Shown: in pieces, positions 16,341-25,108 of the stretch
Layout of the letters: each line of letters opens with the position of its first letter
Numbering within the stretch: position 1 is the stretch's first letter
Assembly (NCBI GenBank): GCA_050999735.1
Contig: JBPCPB010000011.1
Location: 1 to 34,088 of the forward strand
DNA from: Thermomicrobiales bacterium
GTDB taxonomy: Bacteria; Chloroflexota; Chloroflexia; Thermomicrobiales; JALYUS01
Reading direction: 5' to 3'
Length of the DNA: 34,088 nucleotides
Position numbers and translations under genes: made by a program
The notes under the pieces: generated by a model
Databases searched by the model: none
What the model saw: the letters and a program-made list of their open reading frames with translations, nothing else
What the model was told of the DNA's origin: nothing

Positions 16341-17615
16341 ATGCCCGGAACACTGCACGGTCAGCCCGAGGAGGCAGGCGCGGTCGCAGTAGCGCCCCGT
16401 CCGAGTGCATTTACCGCGCTGCGGTATCGCGATTACCGCCTCCTCCTTGGTGGAGAGTTCGTCTCGACGCTCGGCAAGCAGATGCAGACCGTCGCGATCT
16501 CCTATCAGGTCTATCAGTTACATCATTCGGCGATTGAACTCGGCTTGCTTGGTCTCGTGCGTCTGCTGCCGGTGCTTCTGTTTTCGCTCGCGGGCGGCGT
16601 GATCGCCGATCAGGTGGATCGCCGCCGCTTGCTGCTCGTTACCCAACCGGCTCTGCTCTGCTGCTCGCTCGCCCTGATCCTGACGACAGCCACCGGGCAC
16701 GCGAACATCGGCGTGATCTACCTGATTACGGCCCTCGCCGCGACCATCGGCACGGTGGATTCCCCGACGCGTCAGGCGCTCCTTCCCGGCCTCGTCCCGC
16801 GCGAGCACCTGCGCAATGCCCTCTCGTGGAGCATCACGACGGGGGAAGTCGCGACGATTGCCGGCCCCGCCCTCGGCGGGCTGGCCCTCGTCGCGGTCGG
16901 CATCGCGGGGACGTACGGCTTCGAGGCGCTCTCGTTTGTTGCGGTGATCGTGGCATTCGCCTGCATGCACGCGCGACTCGGCGCGGCAGCAGCCAGCGGG
17001 GCGGCCGGCTGGCGCGCGGCGGTTGAGGGGTTACGCTTCATTCGCGGCAACGATATCGTCCTCGCCATCATGTCGCTCGACTTCTTCGCGACCTTCTGGG
17101 GTAGCGCGACCGTCCTGCTTCCCGTCTTCGCGGACAAGATTCTCCATGTCGGCCCGACCGGGTTGGGCATCCTCTTCTCCGCGCCCGCTGTCGGCTCGGT
17201 GATCGGCGCGGTGGCAATGACGGCGGTGTCGCACCGCATCCGCAAGCCGGGATGGCCGCTCCTCGTCGCGGTCGCGGCGTACGGACTGGCCACCATCGGC
17301 TTCGGACTCTCGCGCTCAATGCCTCTCGCCCTCCTCTTCCTCGCCGGGACCGGGCTGGCGGACACGGTGAGCATGACCTTCCGGCATCAAATCCTCCAAC
17401 TGCTGACGCCGGATGCGTTGCGCGGGCGGGCGTCGGCGGCGCATCAACTCTTCGCGGGAGGCGGGCCGCAACTCGGCCAGATGGAGGCGGGCGTCGTCGC
17501 CGCGCGGTTCAGCACGCCGTTTTCCGTTGTCTCCGGCGGCGTGGCGTGCATCGTCACGGTGGCAATCATCGCCTGGCTCGTCCCGGCGATCCGCCGCTAC
17601 CACGCGCAAACATGA
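16341..17615 (+). CDS. MFS transporter (MFS_3 / EntS-like, DHA3)
   Basis: ALRYRDYR, GGVIADQVDRRRLL motif A, TPDALRGR, about 12 TM helices; GGGAGG RBS. Confidence 0.92.
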   Translation: MPGTLHGQPEEAGAVAVAPRPSAFTALRYRDYRLLLGGEFVSTLGKQMQTVAISYQVYQLHHSAIELGLLGLVRLLPVLLFSLAGGVIADQVDRRRLLLVTQPALLCCSLALILTTATGHANIGVIYLITALAATIGTVDSPTRQALLPGLVPREHLRNALSWSITTGEVATIAGPALGGLALVAVGIAGTYGFEALSFVAVIVAFACMHARLGAAAASGAAGWRAAVEGLRFIRGNDIVLAIMSLDFFATFWGSATVLLPVFADKILHVGPTGLGILFSAPAVGSVIGAVAMTAVSHRIRKPGWPLLVAVAAYGLATIGFGLSRSMPLALLFLAGTGLADTVSMTFRHQILQLLTPDALRGRASAAHQLFAGGGPQLGQMEAGVVAARFSTPFSVVSGGVACIVTVAIIAWLVPAIRRYHAQT

Positions 17616-17619
17616 AAGG

Positions 17620-17666
17620 ACCGAACCCCTGGCCCCTTCCCGCGAGGAAGGGGCCAGGGGTTCGGT
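17620..17666. repeat. Family D palindrome with 21-bp perfect stem, just after the MFS stop (possible terminator)
   Basis: accgaacccctggccccttcc-cgcga-ggaaggggccaggggttcggt. Confidence 0.85.
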
Positions 17667-17752
17667 TCCCCGCCGGGAGTATTCATCGTGCCCCGTTCGG
17701 ATGTAGACTCGTCTCGTTCCTATCGAATGATCGCTGTGAGGGGAGGGCACGG

Positions 17753-18478
17753 ATGACAACAATGGATTTCGAGGCCTATTTGCCGAGTGAGGCGAGTGCG
17801 GAGGAGCGGCGGGTCGCGCTAGCGAATCTCGCGCATTGGGAGGATGTGGCGGGTATCGCAATGGCGGTCGTCATGCCCGCGCCGACGCCCGCGCCGAATA
17901 GCCGGGCGGTGGTGGAGACGCTGAACGGCGACCCGCGCTGGATTCCCTGCGCGCAGGTCAATCCCAATGCGCCGGGTGCGATTGATGAGGTGCGTCACTC
18001 GGTGACACTCGGCTGCCGGATGCTCAAAGTGATGCCTGCCCTCTATAATGCGCCACCACTCGGCGCGGCGGTGCGGGCGTTGATGGATGTCGCGCGGGAG
18101 TCAGGCATCGTCGCCAATATCCATTCGACGGGCAATCACGGCGACCCGCTGGAGATCGGCGCGCTCGCCCGTCGCTATCCCGACGTACCGATCATCATGG
18201 ATCACATGGGTTACCGCAACGACGGGCGCGCGGCCATCGCGGCGGCGGAGGATAACCCGAACATCTTTCTCGGTACGACGATCGCCGCCTTCGAGCCGAA
18301 TTTCGTCGCCACCGCGATCAAGGCCGTCGGACCCGAACGGATCATCTTCGGCTCCAACCTGCCCGCCTGCTACCCGGACCTCGCCATGGAATCGCTCCGG
18401 CGCGGCAACTTTGGTCAGGAAGCCGAGACGCTGATCTTCGGCGGCAATCTTGCGCGGATGCTCAACATTCAGCAATGA
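17753..18478 (+). CDS. Amidohydrolase_2-family TIM-barrel protein
   Basis: VNP, LKV, NIHS, RRYPDVPIIMDHMG, GPERIIFGSN, IFGGNLARML; ATG 17753 with GGAGG RBS. Confidence 0.85.
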   Translation: MTTMDFEAYLPSEASAEERRVALANLAHWEDVAGIAMAVVMPAPTPAPNSRAVVETLNGDPRWIPCAQVNPNAPGAIDEVRHSVTLGCRMLKVMPALYNAPPLGAAVRALMDVARESGIVANIHSTGNHGDPLEIGALARRYPDVPIIMDHMGYRNDGRAAIAAAEDNPNIFLGTTIAAFEPNFVATAIKAVGPERIIFGSNLPACYPDLAMESLRRGNFGQEAETLIFGGNLARMLNIQQ

Positions 18479-18517
18479 GCAATGATACTCTTTCGCGATA
18501 GTGATGGCGTGATGCCG

Positions 18518-18614
18518 CGTAGGGGCGATGCTTGAATCGCCTTCCTTAGATCATCCGCATCTTCCCCTTAGCACCCAGCCATCGCGAGAGGGCGGTTCGA
18601 GCACCGCCCCTACG
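18518..18614. repeat. GTAG-type REP doublet between convergent genes
   Basis: cgtaggggcgatgcttgaatcgcctt / agggcggttcgagcaccgcccctacg. Confidence 0.8.
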
Positions 18615-18646
18615 AAACAATGACAGCGCCCTCTATGACGACACGG

Positions 18647-19975
18647 CTACCGTGGTGCATTATCCCAGACGCCGATAGTGGTGTTGAGCGCCCAGACGAG
18701 CCCGCTCGATGGGTCATCAATCAGGACACCACGCGCGAAGAACTGCACTTTACCGGTGTAGGGCTGCTCGTCTGCCGTCGCGTCGCCGAGCGCCTGCTGG
18801 ACGACGGCGTTCTCGCGCCACACCTTCCCGAAGCCGCGCTTCGGTAGGTAAGTGTTCGGGCGCGGGCCGGGCGTGAGATCGCCGTTCGGATCACCCTCAT
18901 TCCATGTATCCGCGTAGACGGAGAGTTGCACGCCGGTCTTGCTGAGCACGTAAATGACGCGCGAACTCTTCATATAGAACATGTATCCATTTTCGAACGG
19001 TTGAAAGGTGAGTGTCTCGTCGTATGCCGTGCCGGTTGCCGTGCCGAGGGGAAAGACGCTGGAGTTCTTCGCGGTCAGATTGTTGACGCCCGTCGCGAAG
19101 AACGTGTCCGCGCCAGTGATCCCCACGGTCGTCACCATCGGCCGGGGCGGTGGGGCTGGCGCCGGGCTTGTCTGGGTGTAGCGCCACTGTGCGTAGTGCT
19201 GGCCGATATTGCCGAACTCGACGGCGAAGCCCGCCGGGTTACCGGGTGTGTAAGTCAGCACACGCCGCTCGAATGCTTGCACAAAGACGGGTCGCACAAC
19301 GCCGCCGACCGCCAGTTGCGTCCCGAATGCCGGACTGATTGGAAATCCCAGAACGCTCTGCCACGGCAGCGGCAGGCCGTTCAGATAGTCCCAGAAGGCG
19401 CGCGGGACATATTGCCCGAATCGCCCGCCGGGATCGGTAATGTACTGGAGGAGCGCCAGTTGCGGATCGGTCGGGATGACATTCGACGGGGTGAACGCGC
19501 CATTCGCGTAGGTCGTCGTCAGGGCGCTATTGGCGATTTGCGGCGCGTGTTCCGGCAATTTTGCCAGATCGGCGTACGTCGGCCCCGCCTGCCCCGGATC
19601 GCCCGCCACGCCAATCGTCGCGGGCACGCGCTGCTCGAAGGCAGTGTCCCCGACCTGCACCCGGCCAGTCTTCAGTTCGACAGTGAGCAGGCCGTTCGTG
19701 ACGGTGTTCGGGCCGGCCAGTTCCATCCGCGCCTTATCGAAATACTGGACGAGCCGCATGCCGCCCACCGCTTCCACGTATGGCTCCTGCATGCCGCCGC
19801 TGGCATTGGCGAGCGGCCCCCAGAAGTTCGGCGAATTCAGTTCGACCGATTCCCACTGGAAGCGAAAGACCGGCGCCGCGAAATCCGCCGCCGCATCCAC
19901 CCCGCCTTCGATACCCCCGATCATTCCCGCAACCAGCATGCAAATGAGCAGGCTTCGTGTCGTTCGTGCCCTCAT
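18647..19975 (-). CDS. Secreted/cell-surface protein of Chloroflexota type
   Basis: Signal peptide from ATG 19975 (AAGGAG RBS); RLVQYFDKARME, LGFPIS, VQAFERRVLTYTP, FGNIGQHY; C-terminal QPFENG..PKRGFGKVWREN domain. Confidence 0.85.
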   Translation of the reverse strand: MRARTTRSLLICMLVAGMIGGIEGGVDAAADFAAPVFRFQWESVELNSPNFWGPLANASGGMQEPYVEAVGGMRLVQYFDKARMELAGPNTVTNGLLTVELKTGRVQVGDTAFEQRVPATIGVAGDPGQAGPTYADLAKLPEHAPQIANSALTTTYANGAFTPSNVIPTDPQLALLQYITDPGGRFGQYVPRAFWDYLNGLPLPWQSVLGFPISPAFGTQLAVGGVVRPVFVQAFERRVLTYTPGNPAGFAVEFGNIGQHYAQWRYTQTSPAPAPPPRPMVTTVGITGADTFFATGVNNLTAKNSSVFPLGTATGTAYDETLTFQPFENGYMFYMKSSRVIYVLSKTGVQLSVYADTWNEGDPNGDLTPGPRPNTYLPKRGFGKVWRENAVVQQALGDATADEQPYTGKVQFFARGVLIDDPSSGLVWALNTTIGVWDNAPR

Positions 19976-20069
19976 GGCCGCTCCTTCCCCTCGGGCTTCC
20001 GCATCACCGGCGTATGGTACTACGGCACGCAAAACAATTGCCACCTGACCCGAATACCGAGAGGGAATC

Positions 20070-20213
20070 GAACCGCCAAGAAGAGGGAGATAGCACAGAG
20101 ACCACAGAGGACGCAGAGGGCACAGAGGAATCTTTCTGTTTCTCTTCTCTGTGCTCTCTGTGTTCTCCGTGTCCTCTGTGCTTGATGTTTCTCTTGGCGT
20201 CTTGGCGGTTCAA
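20070..20213. repeat. Family A nonamer inverted repeat nested within GAACCGCCAAG/CTTGGCGGTTC arms
   Basis: gaaccgccaag...agcacagagaccacagaggacgcagagggcacagagg...ctctgtgctctctgtgttctccgtgtcctctgtgct...cttggcgtcttggcggttc. Confidence 0.85.
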
Positions 20214-20219
20214 TCGCTT

Positions 20220-21239
20220 TCAGGCCCAGGGTTCCGGGTCGGTGAGGGCATGGCGGAGGGTGTCGAGGGTGAGGTTGCCGCCGGAGAGGATGACGGCGAC
20301 TTTTTTGCCCGCCAATTCGTCGCGCATCTTCATTGCTGCCGCCGTCGCCGCCGCGCCCGCCCCTTCCGCAAGCAGCCGCCCGGCGCGCAGGAGAAGCAGG
20401 ATTGCCTGCCGCATCTCCTCCTCGGAGACGAGCACGACATCGTCCACGCCGGCGCGCATCGCGAAGGGGAGCGCGAACGCCTCGCGGGTCGCAAGCCCTT
20501 CCGCAAAGGTCTGCTGCGCGTCAAACGAGAGCATCCGCCCCGCACGCCACGATTCGTAGACTGCTGGCGCTCCTGCCGCCTGCACGCCGATCACGCGAAT
20601 GGCTGGGTTGATCGCCTTCGTAACGACCGACGCGCCCGACACGCCGCTCCCGCCGCCGAGTGGAACGATCAGCACGTCGAGATCAGGTACCGCTTCAAGA
20701 ATTTCCAAGGTATAGGTCGCGACTCCGGCGATCAGGAGCGGTTCGTTCGCGGGGTGGACGAAGCGCATTCCCGCCGCCGCCGCGCGCCGCTGCGCCTCGC
20801 CGAGGAATTCGCCGATGTCCTTGCCGTACAGGACGACGTCCGCGCCGAGGGCGCGCATCGCGCGCACTTTGTCGGGGTTCGCGGCTTCCGGCCCGTAGAT
20901 GATCGCCCGCGCGCCGAAGAGCCGCGATGCGTAGGCGATGGACTGGCCGTGATTGCCCGTGCTCGCCGTGACGATGCCACGCGCCCGCTCTTCGTCGCTC
21001 ATCTGCGCGAGCAGGTTGATGCCACCGCGCAGTTTGAACGCCCCGATCGGCGTCAGGCTCTCGCACTTTACGTAGACGGTGCAGCCGAGTTCTTCCTTGA
21101 GCAGCCAGGGTTCGATCAGCGGCGTCGGCGTGAAATAGGGCGCAATCGTCGCGCGCGCGACATAGACATCGTGGAGTGTCGGGATTTGCCACGGAACGTC
21201 CGCGCGCTCCGTTGCGATGGTTGATGCGGTACTGGTCAT
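20220..21239 (-). CDS. PLP-dependent threonine/serine dehydratase (fold type II, no regulatory domain)
   Basis: KCESLTPIGAFKLRG, ASTGNHG, VPLGGGSG, AEGAGA, LSGGN. Confidence 0.92.
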   Translation of the reverse strand: MTSTASTIATERADVPWQIPTLHDVYVARATIAPYFTPTPLIEPWLLKEELGCTVYVKCESLTPIGAFKLRGGINLLAQMSDEERARGIVTASTGNHGQSIAYASRLFGARAIIYGPEAANPDKVRAMRALGADVVLYGKDIGEFLGEAQRRAAAAGMRFVHPANEPLLIAGVATYTLEILEAVPDLDVLIVPLGGGSGVSGASVVTKAINPAIRVIGVQAAGAPAVYESWRAGRMLSFDAQQTFAEGLATREAFALPFAMRAGVDDVVLVSEEEMRQAILLLLRAGRLLAEGAGAAATAAAMKMRDELAGKKVAVILSGGNLTLDTLRHALTDPEPWA

Positions 21240-21309
21240 GATGTAATTCCTCGCTTGCTATCGGTCGCCTCACGGAGCGTCAGTGTAGCATAGGGATACT
21301 CGCCCCCGG

Positions 21310-21639
21310 TCACGACAGCGGCATGCGGAAGCGCCAGATCAGGACGGAGCCGACAAGGATGCCTCCAAACGCGCCGATGAATGGTGTGCCGGAAAAGAGA
21401 ATCTGGCCACCCCGCTCGACACCGATCAGGCCGATCTTATGCAATGCCCAGCCGATACCGAACGCTGCCCAGAAGGGCCAGAGCAGCCCGACGCGAAGCA
21501 TCCCTGACGGATCGAATGCAGGAGCCCCATGTTGCACCGAGAGTATGAGGGCGACCATTCCCCAAAAGAATCCGACTGCGGTACAGTATACAAGCAGCAT
21601 GATCTCACCCGTGTCAAACTGCCACCAATGATCCTGCAT
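21310..21639 (-). CDS. Small hypothetical membrane protein (about 3 TM helices)
   Basis: 109-aa hydrophobic ORF co-oriented with its neighbours. Confidence 0.65.
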   Translation of the reverse strand: MQDHWWQFDTGEIMLLVYCTAVGFFWGMVALILSVQHGAPAFDPSGMLRVGLLWPFWAAFGIGWALHKIGLIGVERGGQILFSGTPFIGAFGGILVGSVLIWRFRMPLS

Positions 21640-21672
21640 GTCCCACTTTTCCTCGTGCCGCGCTGTCTTCGC

Positions 21673-23463
21673 TCAATCCAGCAGACCAGCGGCAGCCATC
21701 TCCTCTTTCAGGGCGCGGAGTGTGCGATATTTCTCGCGCAGGCCGGTAAGATATGCTGTCCACGCCTCGTACTGATCCATCCGGTCGTACAGATCGCGAA
21801 TCTTGCCGAGGAATGCGGACGCGGTGCGGTAGTTCTCTCGTCCGCGCCGATCAATCAGGCGTTCGGCGTGCAGTTGGTAGATCTCCCGCGCGGCGAGTGG
21901 CCGATCCTGTTCGACGGCTTTCGCCACTTCGAGCGTCATCGGCGTTGTGTAGCCAACCGCGTAATATCCATAACTCAATGGTGCGTGCGGTCGCCGCAGC
22001 GTATCGAGTGCAAGCGTAACGGCCCGATCAATCTCGCCCTCGTCGAGGTAAATCATCAGCAACAGATCGGTGTACTGCGGTGCGGTCAGCATGTGAAGGA
22101 GCGTGGGCCGGATCGTTCCCCAGCGGTTGCATTGTGTCGCGAGGGCACGTACTTCCGCGTATTCGCCAAAGCCGGGGCGCATCCGGAAGAGCCGTTCCGC
22201 GAGCGCGAGGGCAGCATCGTCATCGCCACTCGTCTTGTAGTGCTCCTTGAGCCAGACGAGGATGCGGCTGTCCTGCGTCGTCTCGGATCGCTCCACCATT
22301 AGCCGTACGGCGATCTCTCCCTGTCCGTGCCGCGTGAAGACGTCGGCTAATTGCAGGAGGTCATAATCACTCGACCGTGCTGCCTCGTTGGTCGCTTCAT
22401 CCGTGCGCCCCAGCGCGAGCAGCCGGTCTACGAGATCGAGGATGCGCCCGGTCTTGCGGCATATGCGCAAGAATCCTTCGTCGTCGAGCGTGTCCGCTTC
22501 CAGATCCAGCAGTAGCGCGCCGTACGCCCGTCGCTGATGCTCCATGACCGAATTCGTCCGCGATGGCAGGCGCTCGTTGATCCATTCGGCGATCAGCCGC
22601 TTCTCGTCGGCGGTCGTCTGGCGCGCGAGGATGTCCGGGATGCTTTCATCGAGGTCGAGATCACTCCATTCCATGCCAAAGACAAAGATGCCGAAGAGCG
22701 CCTCGACGATCTCTTCGCGCAGATCGGCGTGGTCCTGTTCACCCCTCAGACATTCCCCAAGTCCGGCGGCGCACATCCCGACGACATGGAGCAGAGAACC
22801 CTCCTCGTCCTCGAACGATTCGTACTGCTCCATGATCTCCGCCGCGACGCTCGCATAGAGTCCGGTCGCGGCTTCGTAATTGCCCTGGCGCAAGAAGGCG
22901 TCGCCGCTCGCGATCATTTCACGCAGATTCCAGCCGATGCCGATGTCGTCGCCCCATTGGTACGGCTGGCGGGCGAGCATCGTGGCGACCTGCCGCCGGT
23001 AGATTGCCGGATTAACCGGCGCGTGCCGTGCGTCGCTCTCCGGAATCACCAACAGGATGTCCAGGTCGGGATGGCGCTGGAGCATGCGCTTGATAAGGGA
23101 AATCAGGTCGGCTTTGTCGCGCCGTTCGAGCGCGACGTCCACATCTTCAAGCGCGACGAATGCTTCGGGATGCTCCAACCACGTCAACAACAGGGCGGCG
23201 ACATGCTTGCAGTACCCTTCGTCGCCCACCGGGCACGAACACTCCGCACTGACGATCACCCGGACGTCGAATGTCACTTCCACCCGGTAGGGTTCTGGCA
23301 TCGAGCCAACGCAGGACGCCTTCAGCGTCATGCCCTGCCTGCGGGCATTGATGATCGCGCCATCACGCGCATACTGCTGTCCGCGTTGCCAACTTTGTGG
23401 GTCGAAGCGGGCGCGAATTGTCTGCTCGCTCAGTTGGGGAATCGTCTCCATCGCGTGTTCCAT
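21673..23463 (-). CDS. SWIM zinc-finger protein with helical C-terminal region
   Basis: WQRGQQYARDG, ECSCP..YCKHVAALLL SWIM motif; C-terminal RENYRTA..LREKYRTLRALKEE; start 23463 or 23451. Confidence 0.9.
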   Translation of the reverse strand: MEHAMETIPQLSEQTIRARFDPQSWQRGQQYARDGAIINARRQGMTLKASCVGSMPEPYRVEVTFDVRVIVSAECSCPVGDEGYCKHVAALLLTWLEHPEAFVALEDVDVALERRDKADLISLIKRMLQRHPDLDILLVIPESDARHAPVNPAIYRRQVATMLARQPYQWGDDIGIGWNLREMIASGDAFLRQGNYEAATGLYASVAAEIMEQYESFEDEEGSLLHVVGMCAAGLGECLRGEQDHADLREEIVEALFGIFVFGMEWSDLDLDESIPDILARQTTADEKRLIAEWINERLPSRTNSVMEHQRRAYGALLLDLEADTLDDEGFLRICRKTGRILDLVDRLLALGRTDEATNEAARSSDYDLLQLADVFTRHGQGEIAVRLMVERSETTQDSRILVWLKEHYKTSGDDDAALALAERLFRMRPGFGEYAEVRALATQCNRWGTIRPTLLHMLTAPQYTDLLLMIYLDEGEIDRAVTLALDTLRRPHAPLSYGYYAVGYTTPMTLEVAKAVEQDRPLAAREIYQLHAERLIDRRGRENYRTASAFLGKIRDLYDRMDQYEAWTAYLTGLREKYRTLRALKEEMAAAGLLD

Positions 23464-23502
23464 CCTCTGGTGCGGATGCGTATGGATGGAGTGTACTACG
23501 GC

Positions 23503-24273
23503 TCATAGCGGTTTGATCGCGTAGCCCGCGTATTGGATCGGCGTCCGTTTGCCAATCGCCATCGGCAATCGCGCGCCGATCTCGGCATAGGTGATTGCAC
23601 CGCGCTTCAGTTGGCGGAACGCCGCGATCGCGCGGAGAGGGCTGCCTTTCGGGTTGATGCCGACGATTTCGCGGCATTCCAGATCGTGCCGTGCCAGGGT
23701 CGCACGCAGTTCGTCCGGTGTGATAAACATCGCCCAATCGTGGAGGTTCGTCGTGATGATCCGCGTTTCCTTCCACTGCTGAAAGAGTTTGATGACAATC
23801 AATTTGCTGAGAAACGTCCGGTTGATCGTGTCAAAAAGATACACGCCACCCGGGGTAAGCACGCGCGCTGTCTCGGCGATCACCGTGTCGAGATCGTCCA
23901 CATGCTCCAACACGTCGCAGCAACAGACGATGTCGAAGGTGGCGTCCGCGAAGGGAATTGCCTCGCCGAAGGCAACGCGATACGCGATCGCCAGACCGGC
24001 TTCCTTCGCATGCGCCGCTGCCTGCATGACCGTGGGTGCGGAGGGATCAATGCCCGTCACATCGCAGCCGAGTGTGGCAAATTCCTCCGCGAGGAAGCCG
24101 CCGCCACAGCCGATATCGAGTACGCGCGTGCCGTTTGGATCACTGTGTCGTTTGTTGATGAGCACATCGCGCATGTAGCCGAACCGGACGGGTGTGAGCG
24201 CGGAGAGCGTGAACAGGAACCGGGTCTCGTCTCGCCATGGCTCGGTATCGTAGATCGTGTTATCAACGGGCAT
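23503..24273 (-). CDS. UbiG-like SAM-dependent O-methyltransferase
   Basis: VLDIGCGGGFLAE, CCDVLEHV, PGG..FDTINRT, HDW..FI.P; ATG 24273 with AGGAGG RBS. Confidence 0.88.
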   Translation of the reverse strand: MPVDNTIYDTEPWRDETRFLFTLSALTPVRFGYMRDVLINKRHSDPNGTRVLDIGCGGGFLAEEFATLGCDVTGIDPSAPTVMQAAAHAKEAGLAIAYRVAFGEAIPFADATFDIVCCCDVLEHVDDLDTVIAETARVLTPGGVYLFDTINRTFLSKLIVIKLFQQWKETRIITTNLHDWAMFITPDELRATLARHDLECREIVGINPKGSPLRAIAAFRQLKRGAITYAEIGARLPMAIGKRTPIQYAGYAIKPL

Positions 24274-24301
24274 ATGGCCTCCTGATCGGTAATACCGACG
24301 C

Positions 24302-24330
24302 CTGACGATTGGCGCATGGAGTGTTATACT
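24302..24330 (+). promoter_or_regulatory. Putative sdhCAB promoter
   Basis: CTGACG-N17-TATACT with extended TG at 24322-24323. Confidence 0.55.
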
Positions 24331-24410
24331 TTGCCTCGTGGCGTTTGTGACCTTCCGTAGTGCTATTTTTGGGGCATATGCACGAATAGTGTGCGAGCGG
24401 AGAAGAGCGT

Positions 24411-25091
24411 ATGGCTGCGACGGTAGCGCTGTATCGCACGTCAATCGGCAAGAAAACGGTCATGGCGGTGACGGGGATCATCCTCTATATCTTTATGATC
24501 TTCCACATCTACGGCAACCTGAAAGTCTTCGAGGGTCGGGAGAAGTTCAACGCGTACAGCGATTATCTCCGCGTCGTCGGCAACCCGATCTTCTTCCGCA
24601 CCGAACTCTTATGGATCATTCGCGTTATCCTGCTCGTTTCTGTCATCCTGCATATCGTTGCAGCAGTGCAACTGACGCAGCGGAGTGTCGCGAGTCGCCC
24701 GGTGCGCTACGTCAATAAAAAGGATACCGACGCGACGATTGCCTCACGCACGATGCGTTGGGGCGGCCTCGTCATCTTCTTCTTCATCATCTATCACATC
24801 CTCGACCTGACGTTGGGCACGGCTCATTCGGGCGCCTACCAGGAGGGCGATGTCTACGGCAACGTCGTCTCCGGTTTCAGCCATTGGTACGTCACCCTCT
24901 TCTACGTCCTGGCGATGATCGCGCTCGGCTTCCATCTCTATCATGGTGTCTGGAGTATGTTCCAGACGCTCGGCATCAACCGCCGCAAGTACAATCGGTT
25001 TTTCCGGGGCCTGGCGCTTGTCTCGGCGGTGCTGATCGCCGGGGGCGGCATCGTCGTCCCGGTCGCCGTCTTGACCGATATCGTCAGTTAG
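24411..25091 (+). CDS. sdhC: Succinate dehydrogenase/fumarate reductase cytochrome b subunit (5 TM)
   Basis: [39 protein letters not shown]; operon with sdhA and sdhB. Confidence 0.93.
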   Translation: MAATVALYRTSIGKKTVMAVTGIILYIFMIFHIYGNLKVFEGREKFNAYSDYLRVVGNPIFFRTELLWIIRVILLVSVILHIVAAVQLTQRSVASRPVRYVNKKDTDATIASRTMRWGGLVIFFFIIYHILDLTLGTAHSGAYQEGDVYGNVVSGFSHWYVTLFYVLAMIALGFHLYHGVWSMFQTLGINRRKYNRFFRGLALVSAVLIAGGGIVVPVAVLTDIVS

Positions 25092-25108
25092 GAAAGCGAA
25101 TTCGCGCT

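Noticed and set aside
17252-17752. Long N-terminal extension of the amidohydrolase ORF
   Set aside because: Overlaps the MFS gene and a palindrome; the RBS supports ATG 17753.
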